From assembly GCF_001194135.2 (NCBI RefSeq), contig NC_068989.1, positions 43,172,535 to 43,206,898 on the forward strand: a DNA stretch of 34,364 nt, in the 5' to 3' direction. The position numbers were made by a program, and so were the translations under genes. The stretch comes from Octopus bimaculoides (lineage: Eukaryota). Under the pieces are notes generated by a model, which was given only the letters and a program-made list of their open reading frames with translations, was not told where the DNA came from and made no database searches. Below, piece after piece: positions 21,243-32,391 of the stretch (position 1 is its first letter; each line of letters opens with the position of its first letter).

Positions 21243-21621
21243 NNNNNNNNNNNNNNNNNNNNNNNNNNNNNNNNNNNNNNNNNNNNNNNNNNNNNNNNNN
21301 NNNNNNNNNNNNNNNNNNNNNTATATATATGTGTGTATGTGTATGTGTGTGTGTGTGTGTATGTGTGTGTGTGTGTGCGTGCGTGCGTGCGTGTGTGTGT
21401 GTGTATGTGTGTGTGTCTGTGTTTGTCCCCATCATCGCTTGACAACCGATGTTAGTGTGTTTACGTCCCCGTAACTTAGAGGTTCAGCTAAACAGACCGA
21501 TAGAATAAGTACTAGCCTTACAAAGAATAAGTCCTGGTGTCGAGTTGTTCGACTAAAGGCGGTGCTCCAGCATGGCCGCAGTCAAATGACTGAAGCAAAT
21601 GAAAGAATAAAATAAAAGAAT
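21050..21621 (+). mobile_element. Near full-length tRNA-derived CORE-type SINE with central microsatellite
   Basis: A-box-like ggctgtgtgg, B-box gggttcagtccc, CORE-like gtggcacctt...agtgtcttc, central (TA)/(GT) tract with gap, 3' half shared with other copies, A-rich tail. Octopus OR-type SINEs are known CORE-SINEs; the exact family name is not asserted. Confidence 0.9.
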
Positions 21622-22214
21622 ATGTGTGCATGTATGTATGTATGTAAGTACGTATGTATGTATGTATGTATGTATGTATGTACGTATGTGTGAATGTATG
21701 TAATGTATGTGTGAATGTATGTACTAGTAGAATACGTGTCTATTTTTAATCTTAAAAATTCTGTTTTCAGTTAAAGGGAAACCCTGAAACTATCCAGCAA
21801 ATGGTACTGTTTGAAACTTGTTATAAGAAAAACTACCTATACAATCCTAATGACATTCTTACATTCATACTTATTTTAAGCGGGGTGGGATTGAGGGGTC
21901 GCTTATAATTAAAAAAAGAAAGTTGATATAGTCACTACTTTTTCAGCCGATTTCTTAGTTGTCAATTTTTTCTTCTTTTTTTTTTCTGCATACGCATGTG
22001 CTCTAATAAAGTCTTGATACCTTTTTTAACCAATTTTTAAAATGATAGTTCGAGTCTTTCTACAATCTACTAGGTAGACGGAACGCCAAATAACAAACAG
22101 AAACTTAACCTTTTTGTTTTTTTAACAAAATTCAGATAAAAGACTGAGCTTATCAAGTCCATAGTCGCCAGTAATTTGACAATGAAAATAGTTTCAAATT
22201 TTTAGCAAAAGATC

Positions 22215-22511
22215 AGTAATTTCGAGAAAGGTTTAAGTCGATTACATCAACCCCAGCACTCAACTGGTACTTGCTTTATCAGCACCGAAAGGATGGAAGG
22301 TAAAGTCGACCGAAGTGGAACTTGAACTCAGAGAATAAAGACGAGCGTAATACCACTAAAGCTAAGCGTTTTGCCCAGCAGGTTAACAATTCTACCATCT
22401 TGCTGCCTTACCATTTGACAATGATGATACAAATAATTCGAAATAACATAATAACTGAATACTTCCTCGGGGATCTATACGATCTATCTTAATTAAATTC
22501 TAAATATAAAC
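22215..22511 (-). mobile_element. Duplicate of 19178-19455 (SINE plus flank)
   Basis: Direct alignment by eye. Confidence 0.85.
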
Positions 22512-22599
22512 TTCCTACTTATTTGAAATACTCTTTCTATGGAACTTTTGTTCAATAGATTTCTATTGTTGTTGCTCCAAAATAGAGCAAGGCGATCTA

Positions 22600-22645
<46 letters not shown>

Positions 22646-22812
22646 CGTGTGTGTGTGCGCGTGTGCGTGCGTGTATGTGTGTTTTTTTACAGAATTAATT
22701 AATTCCTGTTCTTTATGATATGATGTCTAATTTTTCCCTTCCTCCATTGTTACACTTCATAACTGCAGGAAAGACTTTTTATTCAAATGTATATAGCATT
22801 TATAATATTTTT

Positions 22813-22869
<57 letters not shown>

Positions 22870-23088
22870 CATACATGTGTGTGTGTGTAATGTTTAAGAT
22901 TACCTTGTATAATCAAAACTAAAAAGAACCAGTTGCAAGAATTGCGATAGTTCTGTTAATGGGGTAGTGAGTCGTACACAATAAATTCTTAATTTACTGG
23001 AATTTCCCCCTGAGTTATTCTCCAGCAGATTTGCATGCAAGGGAAAGGATAATTTGCTCTTTGTTTTCAGGCAAGAGATGACAATGAG

Positions 23089-23121
23089 AACATGTTTCGG
23101 TCTATTCATTGATTTCATCAG
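23089..23121 (-). ncRNA. Decayed hammerhead-like motif
   Basis: CUGAUGA...GACC-GAA-ACAUGU-U: intact core and palindromic stem III, but stems I and II are broken. Confidence 0.3.
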
Positions 23122-23149
23122 TATAGTTCAGTCATATTTGGTCCTATCC

Positions 23150-24230
23150 CCACTTATATATACATATTATAATTACAGTGTACTTTTACCTATCTCCTAG
23201 CCAGTATAATAATTCCTTTTATAATTCTTCTGTATCCCCATCTCTCTCTTTAAACGTATTGCTATCTCATGTACAATAATGTTTTACATTTTTATCTACT
23301 TACATGATTGTTTACATTCACCGGGTCTCATTTTGTGTACGTCCTAGTTTTTCATTAGCTCTTCACCTCTAAATTAAATCAATTGTACTATATGAACCAA
23401 ACTTGTAGCTATTTTCTAACTCACTGTAAATAACATTTATTTCTACCCGGTTTCGCTTTGGTATGTCCCTAATGTAGATTATTCCAAGCTATTCTTTAGC
23501 TATTCAACTCTATATGAATACCTACTTCCGGTTTTGAGAGCTTTATATTCAACTATTTAAATAATTTTGTTAATAAGTTTTAATTTCACTTGTTGAATTG
23601 ACCCATATTTAAGCCCTTATTATTACTATTATTTGCATATATTTATTCCCTTTAATTCTTATTTATTTATTTATTAATGTTAAATACAATATCTTCTTAC
23701 CTAAGCCTCTTGACATAATTACATCCGGTATCTCACCAAGCGAACGCTGCATATTTGAAATCTTTAAATTAAATTTTTGTCCAATAATTCTTTATCTACA
23801 TTAGTCTAGCTCAATAATAAGTTTTCAAGGGCAGAAAGGTAATATTTTATAAGTCTTTATTCATTTATCTCTATCTATTTTCACTCTTTAATCTATTTTG
23901 TTTTATTTATTTTTATTCTTGACTTTATGTTATAATTTTTTATGTACCCTAACATTAGGTTAATATTCTTAGTTTTTAAATCCTTTCGATATTTATAATA
24001 AGTAATAGATTATCTGGAATTTCCTCCACCTTAATTAAATATCAATAACTATGCACACTTGAATTAAACTCTACATACTAATTTTCTATTGGTTTAAAAC
24101 GGATAGACATAATATCAAAAAGTGACACTTATAATTATATCTACTTGAGTTTTTCTTATTCTTAACACGCTAGATGAATATATTGTTATATTCTTACTTT
24201 ACTACTCCAGTATAGACAACCTTACTCTCC
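23150..24230 (-). mobile_element. Heavily decayed retroelement-like coding debris
   Basis: T-rich plus strand and short stop-riddled minus-strand peptides, including a Zn-knuckle-like stretch near 23290-23330. Class not resolvable by eye. Confidence 0.2.
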
Positions 24231-24239
24231 TTCTTATGG

Positions 24240-24566
24240 AGAAGCATTCTGTCGGTTACGACGACGAGGGTCCCAGCTGATACGTTCAACGGAACAGCTT
24301 GCTCTTGAAATTAACGTGCAAACGGCTGAGCATTCCACAGACACGTGTACCCCTAACGTAGTTCTCAGGGAGATTCAGCATGACACAGAATGTGACAAAG
24401 CTGGCCCTTTGAAATACGGCGACTACTCATTTTTGCCAGCTGAGTGGACTGGAGCAACGTGAAATAAAGTGTTTTGCTCAAGGACACAACGCGTCACCAG
24501 GAATTGAACTCACAACCTTACAATCGTGAGCCGAATGTCCTAACCACTAAGCCACGCGACTTCACT
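24240..24566 (-). mobile_element. tRNA-derived SINE (CORE/Meta-like body)
   Basis: Minus strand: A box TGGCTTAGTGG, B box GAGTTCAATTCC, then gttgtgtccttgagcaaaacactttatttcacgttgctccagtccactcagctggcaaaaatgagta. Confidence 0.85.
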
Positions 24567-26191
24567 CCATGTTTTATACTATGTTCTTTATGTATAAATT
24601 TAATCAGTTAATGGTTTGCAGCCGTTTACTCAAATGCAAGAATTGAACACCTATTTTGTATATCTTAAACTACCACTGAAGAGATTCGACTTTCAAATAA
24701 TTTTTAATTTAATCAAAATTAATTTTCTGAATGTCTGAAACAGCTGTAAGGGATGTTTGTCAATTTTTTAATTAATAAATAATAATTTATTAATTACCTC
24801 TCTATTTTCTCATCTTGTTATACATACCTATATATNNNNNNNNNNNNNNNNNNNNNNNNNNNNNNNNNNNNNNNNNNNNNNNNNNNNNNNNNNNNNNNNN
24901 NNNNNNNNNNNNNNNNNNNNNNNNNNNNNNNNNNNNNNNNNNNNNNNNNNNNNNNNNNNNNNTATATATATATATATATATTATACACTACTGTGTAGTT
25001 GTTGGCTCTCCTGGATTAATCTGTCTTTTGACAAGTTTTGTTTAACGTTCCACAATGTCTAAAACTCATTATCCTCACCAAGTAAGTTTGGTGAAGTTCT
25101 CTGTTTAGTTACAAACGATCCGACCATTCACAGGCTATGGGATTATATTCTACCAGTAGTTAGTCTGTTTATCAGATCTGTGGTGCGACGCTTAAGATCA
25201 CATATGGAAACCATAATATATGCATAATCAATAACAAATATTGAATGAATAACACACAGGGAGAATCAATAACACTGAATACTAAAGACAAAATCACTTT
25301 TAATCTTTATCGCTTTGTCCAAATTATCTTGCCTTCAAGCATTTTAATAAATAAAATGAATTTCATCAGTAGCAGTTTAATGAAGCTTCTTAGAGTTTCA
25401 TGTTTTGGAGAGAATTTTAATCCTTCTGGAATTGATATTTAACACATCTTTAAAGAAAGTGGTGGTGGATAAAATAGTTAGGATACTGAAAAAAGAATAA
25501 TTTGAAATGTGTACGATTTAGTTACGTCGCTTATGTTCTTAGTTCAAATCTCACTGCTCTTGAGTTGCTCATTGTTTTATAGGGGTTAATATATTAAGTA
25601 ACAGTAAGATATAATATTATATTGGTAATCGATTCAAATGACTATGTTGCTAATCTATAAATGTGAAGCCTTATGCAAGTGTCAGAGATCGATACTATGC
25701 ATATTCTATTCAATATTTAGAGTCGGATTTAATCATCATTAAATTAACGTGGAATCCTTATTTCAGAATCTCATGAGTAATCAATAGTATTCGTACATTT
25801 TGGCTTCTACAGATGTTGATAGGAAACAGTTTCAATTTTTAATTTGTTAACTTGAACGATTAATATTGGCAGTAATTAAGTGAACTAGAAGTGAGAAAGG
25901 TCATCTGAACGGAGAAGAAGGAAACTATTCTAGTTTTAATAAGCCTTAACTGGGAAATGTTAAATGTTAAATTTTGACATTCTCCGATTAATGAATGAAT
26001 GTATATTGTCATTCGCTTCAATTTCCTTATAATTCTAAGATTTAATTTAAGATTAATGGGTAAATTTGCGTAGACATGATCAATATATAGAAAGTAATCC
26101 GTTGGTAATATGACATTGTTAAGATATTGGGAAGTTACAACTTGCCAGTCTATAAGCGAACAAGAATTGTTTTTTTTTTTTGCTTAATTTT

Positions 26192-26193
<2 letters not shown>

Positions 26194-26280
<87 letters not shown>
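26194..26280. repeat. (CA)n microsatellite
   Basis: Read directly from the sequence. Confidence 0.98.
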
Positions 26281-26284
<4 letters not shown>

Positions 26285-26915
26285 AATATGTTAAAATGGA
26301 TGTACTGAAGTTTCCGCTCCTGGAAAAGCGAGCTGTGTGTCTCACATTTACAGTGTATTCTCCTCCTGTTATTCCTACTGTGTATCCCACACTCATCACC
26401 TATCCTGTTAGTGCTTTCCATTCTGTGTATCTCACATGTACCAACAATCCACCTAGTACTATCGATACTGCGATCCTATATTCCCCATTTCTCCCTTTAA
26501 TGCTATCCATTCTGTGGAGCTCATACTCATCATCTAATCTTTTAGTGCTAGTCATTCTGTGATCCCAAATTCTGCCTACTTGCAGTAAACTTCGTAACTC
26601 CAAGACTCAGTAATATACTCTTTCCTTTTTTACCTTTTGATATCGATCTACAGAAATTTTAACTGGACATCAAGACACATTGATCCCACGTATCTGGTTG
26701 AATTTTTAAAGTCTATATAATTTAGTTCTCTTTTGTAGACAAATAATTTTTAAAATCACGGTATGTTTATCGCCTCATCACGGTTAGATTTAGAAAATAT
26801 TTTCTGCAAGCTTTCGTGTATTATCACGAAAGAATTCGGTTTCAAGTATTATGATGACACAACACTGACTTTTCCTGCCAAGAATTGTGTAAACAGCAAA
26901 TTGTAATTTATTATC

Positions 26916-27060
26916 AGTGGCCCAGTGGTTAGGGCAGCGGACTCATGATCGTAGGATCGCGGTTTCGATTCCCAGACAGTGCGTTGTAAGTGTTTATTGT
27001 GCGAAAACACCTAAAGCTCCACGAGGCTGTGGTAGCGAACCCTGCTGTACTCTTTCCTTA
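26916..27060 (+). mobile_element. tRNA-derived SINE
   Basis: A box tggcccagtgg, B box ggtttcgattcc, no acceptor-stem closure, non-tRNA body follows. Confidence 0.75.
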
Positions 27061-28010
27061 CAATTTTCTCTCACTCTTTTTCTGTTGTAAAACTGATTTC
27101 ACCTTCCTCGCGAACATCAGTTCCGTTGGTGAGCTTCCCGCTGATGTATTGGGGTTCGGTATCAGCCTGTATATTTTAGGAATTACTGCAGAGTGACTTT
27201 TTCTGTGACTTCTTCGTTTGCTTTTCTCAAAGCTCTTTTTCAAAATGTTCATTTGATTAGGGATGGTAAGGCTCTATCGTTTTATGTTCTACAGAGAATA
27301 TGCCAAATATAAGCGCCAGTGCCTCCTTTTCAATTTGGCTATAATTTTTTCCCTGGCAACAGCTAGCATAGTTCCTTGATGCGTAAGCTATGGTTTTTTG
27401 GCTGCCATCTTCACATTTGCGTAGGAGTATGGCACCTACCCCGTAGTCACTAGCATCTGTTACCAGTATCATTTCCAACTTCGGATCGAAGTGTGTAAGC
27501 AACAAGTCTGAATTTAACATGCTTTTTAGTCCTTCAAATGCCTTCTGGCATTTTTCTAACTCAAACCATTTGGCATCCTTTTTTAACAGCTCGTTTAGTG
27601 GAACCCTTGTGTTGCGTATGTTCGGGATATATACTTGATAGTAATTTACGAAGCCTAAAAATACTTGTAACAATTTGATGTTCGTTGGGAGAGGCGTATT
27701 CCATATTGCCGTCGCCCTTGATGAGTCTGGCCTTCGTCCCCTTTTGTCAATTACTTAACCTAAATATTTGATTTTTTCATTAAAATTCACACGTTTCATA
27801 TTAGTCTCAACCCGTATTCATTTATTTTTCCGAATATTTTTTTAATATGTTCGAAGTGTTACTCCACTGACTTGCTCTTTATCAAAATATCCTCGTGATA
27901 AGCTATCATTTAACATTGCGTCCATCACTTGTTGGAATATGGCAGGTACCACTTTTACTCCAGAAGGAAGCGATTTGATTTTATACGTTTTGTGACGTCC
28001 TGTACCTGTA
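27060..28010 (-). pseudogene. Ty3/Gypsy LTR retrotransposon pol remnant (RT, RNase H, integrase C-terminus)
   Basis: RT: LPSGVKVVPAIFQQVMDAML, AYHEDILI (decayed YxDD), KIKYLG, FLGFVNYY. RNase H: TDASDYGVGA, NYSQIEKEALALIFG. Integrase: VEHKTIEPYHP, YRLIPNPNTSAGSSPTELMFARK. Stops and frameshifts present. Confidence 0.92.
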
Positions 28011-28078
28011 TATGAATACCTATATACATACATATGTATTATGTACATATGTGTGTATATATATGCAAATATACATAC

Positions 28079-28149
<71 letters not shown>

Positions 28150-29088
28150 NNNNNNNNNNNNNNNNNNNNNNNNNNNNNNNNNNNNNNNNNNNNNNNNNNN
28201 NNNNNNNNNNNNNNNNNNNNNNNNNNNNNNNNNNNNNNNNNNNNNNNNNNNNNNNNNNNNNNNNNNNNNNNNNNNNNNNNNNNNNNNNNNNNNNNNNNNN
28301 NNNNNNNNNNNNNNNNNNNNNNNNNNNNNNNNNNNNNNNNNNNNNNNNNNNNNNNNNNNNNNNNNNNNNNNNNNNNNNNNNNNNNNNNNNNNNNNNNNNN
28401 NNNNNNNNNNNNNNNNNNNNNNNNNNNNNNNNNNNNNNNNNNNNNNNNNNNNNNNNNNNNNNNNNNNNNNNNNNNNNNNNNNNNNNNNNNNNNNNNNNNN
28501 NNNNNNNNNNNNNNNNNNNNNNNNNNNNNNNNNNNNNNNNNNNNNNNNNNNNNNNNNNNNNNNNNNNNNNNNNNNNNNNNNNNNNNNNNNNNNNNNNNNN
28601 NNNNNNNNNNNNNNNNNNNNNNNNNNNNNNNNNNNNNNNNNNNNNNNNNNNNNNNNNNNNNNNNNNNNNNNNNNNNNNNNNNNNNNNNNNNNNNNNNNNN
28701 NNNNNNNNNNNNNNNNNNNNNNNNNNNNNNNNNNNNNNNNNNNNNNNNNNNNNNNNNNNNNNNNNNNNNNNNNNNNNNNNNNNNNNNNNNNNNNNNNNNN
28801 NNNNNNNNNNNNNNNNNNNNNNNNNNNNNNNNNNNNNNNNNNNNNNNNNNNNNNNNNNNNNNNNNNNNNNNNNNNNNNNNNNNNNNNNNNNNNNNNNNNN
28901 NNNNNNNNNNNNNNNNNNNNNNNNNNNNNNNNNNNNNNNNNNNNNNNNNNNNNNNNNNNNNNNNNNNNNNNNNNNNNNNNNNNNNNNNNNNNNNNNNNNN
29001 NNNNNNNNNNNNNNNNNNNNNNNNNNNNNNNNNNNNNNNNNNNNNNNNNNNNNNNNNNNNNNNNNNNNNNNNNNNNNNNNNNNNNNNN

Positions 29089-29129
<41 letters not shown>

Positions 29130-29149
29130 GTATGTATTTTCCACCTAAA

Positions 29150-29350
29150 TGTGGCTGACCCATATGGGACGATGCTACTGTAGTTTATAGCCCCAGGAAG
29201 ACATCTCCTCCAGCTGGCTAACAACACACTGTCTGTGTCCGATCAGTATTTGTGAAGGCAACTCATCGTTCCCATCTCTAGCCTTATGTGATACACACGG
29301 ACCTGGGTTTCTGGGTAGTAACCCGTCATCAGCGTGTGACAATCACCGGT
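29150..29350 (-). mobile_element. Interspersed repeat carrying the best hammerhead motif
   Basis: GC-richer block abutting a (TA)n/(TATG)n tract; contains 29288-29346. Boundaries approximate. Confidence 0.45.
29288..29346 (-). ncRNA. Type I hammerhead ribozyme candidate with full core consensus
   Basis: GUGA-uugu-CACACG-CUGAUGA-C-GGGU(UACU)ACCC-A-GAA-AC(CCAG)GU-C-CGUGUG-ua-UCAC. Predicted cleavage after GUC, between 29300 and 29299. Confidence 0.75.
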
Positions 29351-29640
29351 TAGGGATGAGAAGTGATTCCAAATTCAAAATACTACATGCTTTTTCCAGT
29401 GGCAAACCGTCGCTGATCTCGAAAAAGGAGAAACAGGCAATAATTTCCGAGTGAGGTGTAAACAGTAGCAGTATAACATTGTGAAGTATATTTGCCACTG
29501 CCAAAAGTCACCGACAGTAAATCAAAATTCCATAAATGCTTAATATTCAATTGTATTGATTCATTCCAGTTATGAATGTTTAATAATTAAATGCTATGAG
29601 TTAAACTCACAGTTTTTCAATGTTTATCCATTTATTACTC

Positions 29641-30042
29641 CTTACTATTTTACTTGTTTCAGTCTTTTAACTGTGGCCATGCTGGAGCACCGCCTTTAGT
29701 CGAGCAAATCGACCCCAGGACTTATTCTTTGGAAGCCTAGTACTTATTCCATCGGTTTCTTTTGCCGAACCGCTAAGTTACGGGGACGTAAACACACCAG
29801 CATCGGTTGTCAAGCGATGCTGGGGGACAAACACAGGCACACAAACACATACACACATACATATATATATACATATATACGACGGGCTTCTTTCAGTTTC
29901 CGTCTACCAAACCCACTCACAAGGCTTTGGTCGGCCCGAGGCTATAGTAGAAGACACTTGCCCAAGGTGCCATGCAGTGGGACTGAACCCGGAACCATGT
30001 GGCTGGTAAGCAAGCTACTTACCACACAGCCACTTTTACGCC
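29641..30042 (-). mobile_element. Full-length CORE-type SINE (inverse orientation to 21050-21621)
   Basis: Co-linear reverse complement of the 21050 copy, including head, CORE-like gtggcaccttgggcaagtgtctt segment and 3' half. Confidence 0.92.
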
Positions 30043-30201
30043 TATTCCTTATTAGCGAAGTTTCATATAAAATAATTTTTTTGTTTTAATCTTGGAATTA
30101 AATGGTTTTGATTTACTGTCAGGTTACTTTTGGCCAACCGTATTCTGCGAAACTTAGTATTCAATACACGATACTAATATAATTCACACATGCGCGCACA
30201 C

Positions 30202-30252
<51 letters not shown>

Positions 30253-30939
30253 CCCACTATTTTAGAAGCCACAATACTGTCTTTTCAAATGTGGTACATA
30301 TCCTATAACCGCATTTCCATGTTTAAGATAGCATATACGTGATATATCAGTGTAGCATCTCCAGAAATTTGCATCAAACTTTAATATGAAACAATTTACT
30401 GTAGATGAATTACCTATAAATGTCAGAATTTATGTTAACAACTTATTTTCATCAATAACAAAAAAAAATTGGTTAGAGACATTACAACGAGGAAACAAGA
30501 AAGCCCTAGTTACCAGAATTTATCTCTTATAGTGCGATTAACTTTACCTCTAAATCTATGACACAATCTACAGTAAAGAATTCATCTGATGAAAATATTC
30601 AAAATGTTATTACATCCATTACGATTGGAATAAAAGATGCGTTTAAGAAACCGAGGAATATATATTGAATATATTGAATAATATCTGTTGTGTATCTGTC
30701 AAGTGATATTTTGTTTTGGTACAGAGTATTAAATAGTGAAGTAATGTTGCAGAAATAGTATGATATGTCTCTTAATCCTACTTAAAAGTATAAAATACTG
30801 TTAAGTATATTTAAGCAAGAATATAAAATAGTAGAAATAAAAAAAGTAAAGTTAGTGACATACAGACTAAGAGAATTGGTTAGAAGTGGGTGGAGATCGC
30901 ATGAAAGATGGTAGAATTTTTATCATTGCTTCAGTGAAG

Positions 30940-31078
30940 GACTATTAGTTAAGATGTTAGGTTCACGATCATAAAGTAGCTGGTTCGATTTCTGGACTGG
31001 GTGGTACGTTGGACCCTTACGCAAGGTACTCCATTTCCCGTTGCTCCAATCTAGTCAGCTGAAAATGAGTATCGGCCT
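30940..31078 (+). mobile_element. Degenerate SINE (family of 24240-24566)
   Basis: ctggttcgattt B-box-like; cgttgctccaatctagtcagctgaaaatgagta matches the 24240 copy. Confidence 0.6.
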
Positions 31079-31102
31079 AGTGCTAGTGCAGTCCTGTCTG
31101 TT

Positions 31103-31105
<3 letters not shown>

Positions 31106-31151
<46 letters not shown>
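31106..31151. repeat. (CT)n microsatellite
   Basis: Read directly from the sequence. Confidence 0.98.
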
Positions 31152-31155
<4 letters not shown>

Positions 31156-31599
31156 TATTTTCACATCCTGGATGGTGCACTGGGTCTATGTATAGAGGGC
31201 CTCGAAGGTGCTTAGGTCTACTTTCGACTATACATTAATCCCTATATGTTTTCTTGGAAACCTACAACAGTACTATTTCGTTGACTTCTACTAGTTTATT
31301 TACAATTTACTGTGGTAGTTTTCTGCGCTCTCGAGATTTAGAGAACTCAAGGCATAGGGACTATTAAACCCTTTAGCGAGGACTGTTTCACTTGACATCA
31401 AAGCATATCACCAGATTTGTGGGTCTGTGTGACGTATATCCATGGACCAATTCTTCCCTGGACCATCTTTTGTTATTTGACTCATAACTGGCAGACCTGG
31501 GAACAGTGGTGACTACGAGATAACTCACACACAGCCACATTACTGAACTCCCGAGTTGTTTTTTCACTATTGAATGCAGTTAAATGTCTTACTACTAAT

Positions 31600-31768
31600 A
31601 TTGGCTTCAAATTTTGGAACAAGGCCAGCAAAGTTAAGGGAGGGGTTAAGCCGATTACATCGACCCCGGTACTCAACTGGTACTTATTTTTTCGAGCCGG
31701 AAAGAATTAAAGGAAAAGTCGACCTCGGCGGAATTTGAACTCAGGACGATTTTGCCAGCTCGACGCCT
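31600..31768 (-). mobile_element. SINE (Nin-like family), internally deleted
   Basis: Reverse complement of the 10821 family: cgattacatcgacccc...ctggtacttat...aaagtcgacctcggcggaatttgaactcag. Confidence 0.85.
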
Positions 31769-32391
31769 TCTCTTACTACTAATATAAAATGTTTTGATCC
31801 TCATATTTAATTGAAAGAATTTAGGAGAATCAGCTGCTAAGATAATATAATTTGAGCCGATATAATTGCAATTATACAACTAGTATCATCACCATTGCCC
31901 CTACAACCATATCGACATAAACTATTAGAACAATAATTAAATTTGTCTTCATATTAACAATATTAATAGTTATAGTAATAGTGATAATAATAATAATAAT
32001 ATACATTTAATTTAATTATGTGAGGTATTTCTGTAGCAATGTAATTACAACATTAAGGAAGTTAAATTATATAGCCTATACAAATATAGTAGACATAGAA
32101 TTGTTCTAGACAAGAGAAAGGTGTACATAGAGTTTATATGCTATAAAGTATTTATATATTAATGGCGGTTTTTATATACTATGCCAGTTATTTCAAAGTA
32201 GCATTTATAAAAATCTTTCTATAGATTTTGCCTGTATTTATAAATATTATTTTAAAGCAGTTAGTGACAATCATCGTCGGTTTATAACGCATGTCTAGAT
32301 CCCACAAGAGGACTCGCCGTTACTCATGTCATAGTAAATTTGACAAGGCAATGCTAGTGATACTGGTTGACGATATCAATAATAGTATTTA

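Noticed and set aside
26333-26566. CRISPR-like repeat-spacer array
   Set aside because: Repeats are too divergent, spacing is irregular (39, 89, 46 bp), the context is eukaryotic and there are no cas genes.
26916-26972. tRNA gene (also heads at 21050, 24500-24566, 10821)
   Set aside because: A and B boxes are present but there is no closed cloverleaf, and a SINE body follows.
5435-29227. Long ORFs in the supplied track (e.g. 5435-5944, 15126-15860, 27842-29227, 28012-29163)
   Set aside because: They are open only because of N-runs and (TA)n/(CA)n/(TACA)n repeats; only the last ~30 codons of 27842-29227 are real Gypsy RT sequence.
29397-29500. 10-bp inverted repeat CAGTGGCAAA / TTTGCCACTG
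   Set aside because: No target-site duplication and no second copy in the window.
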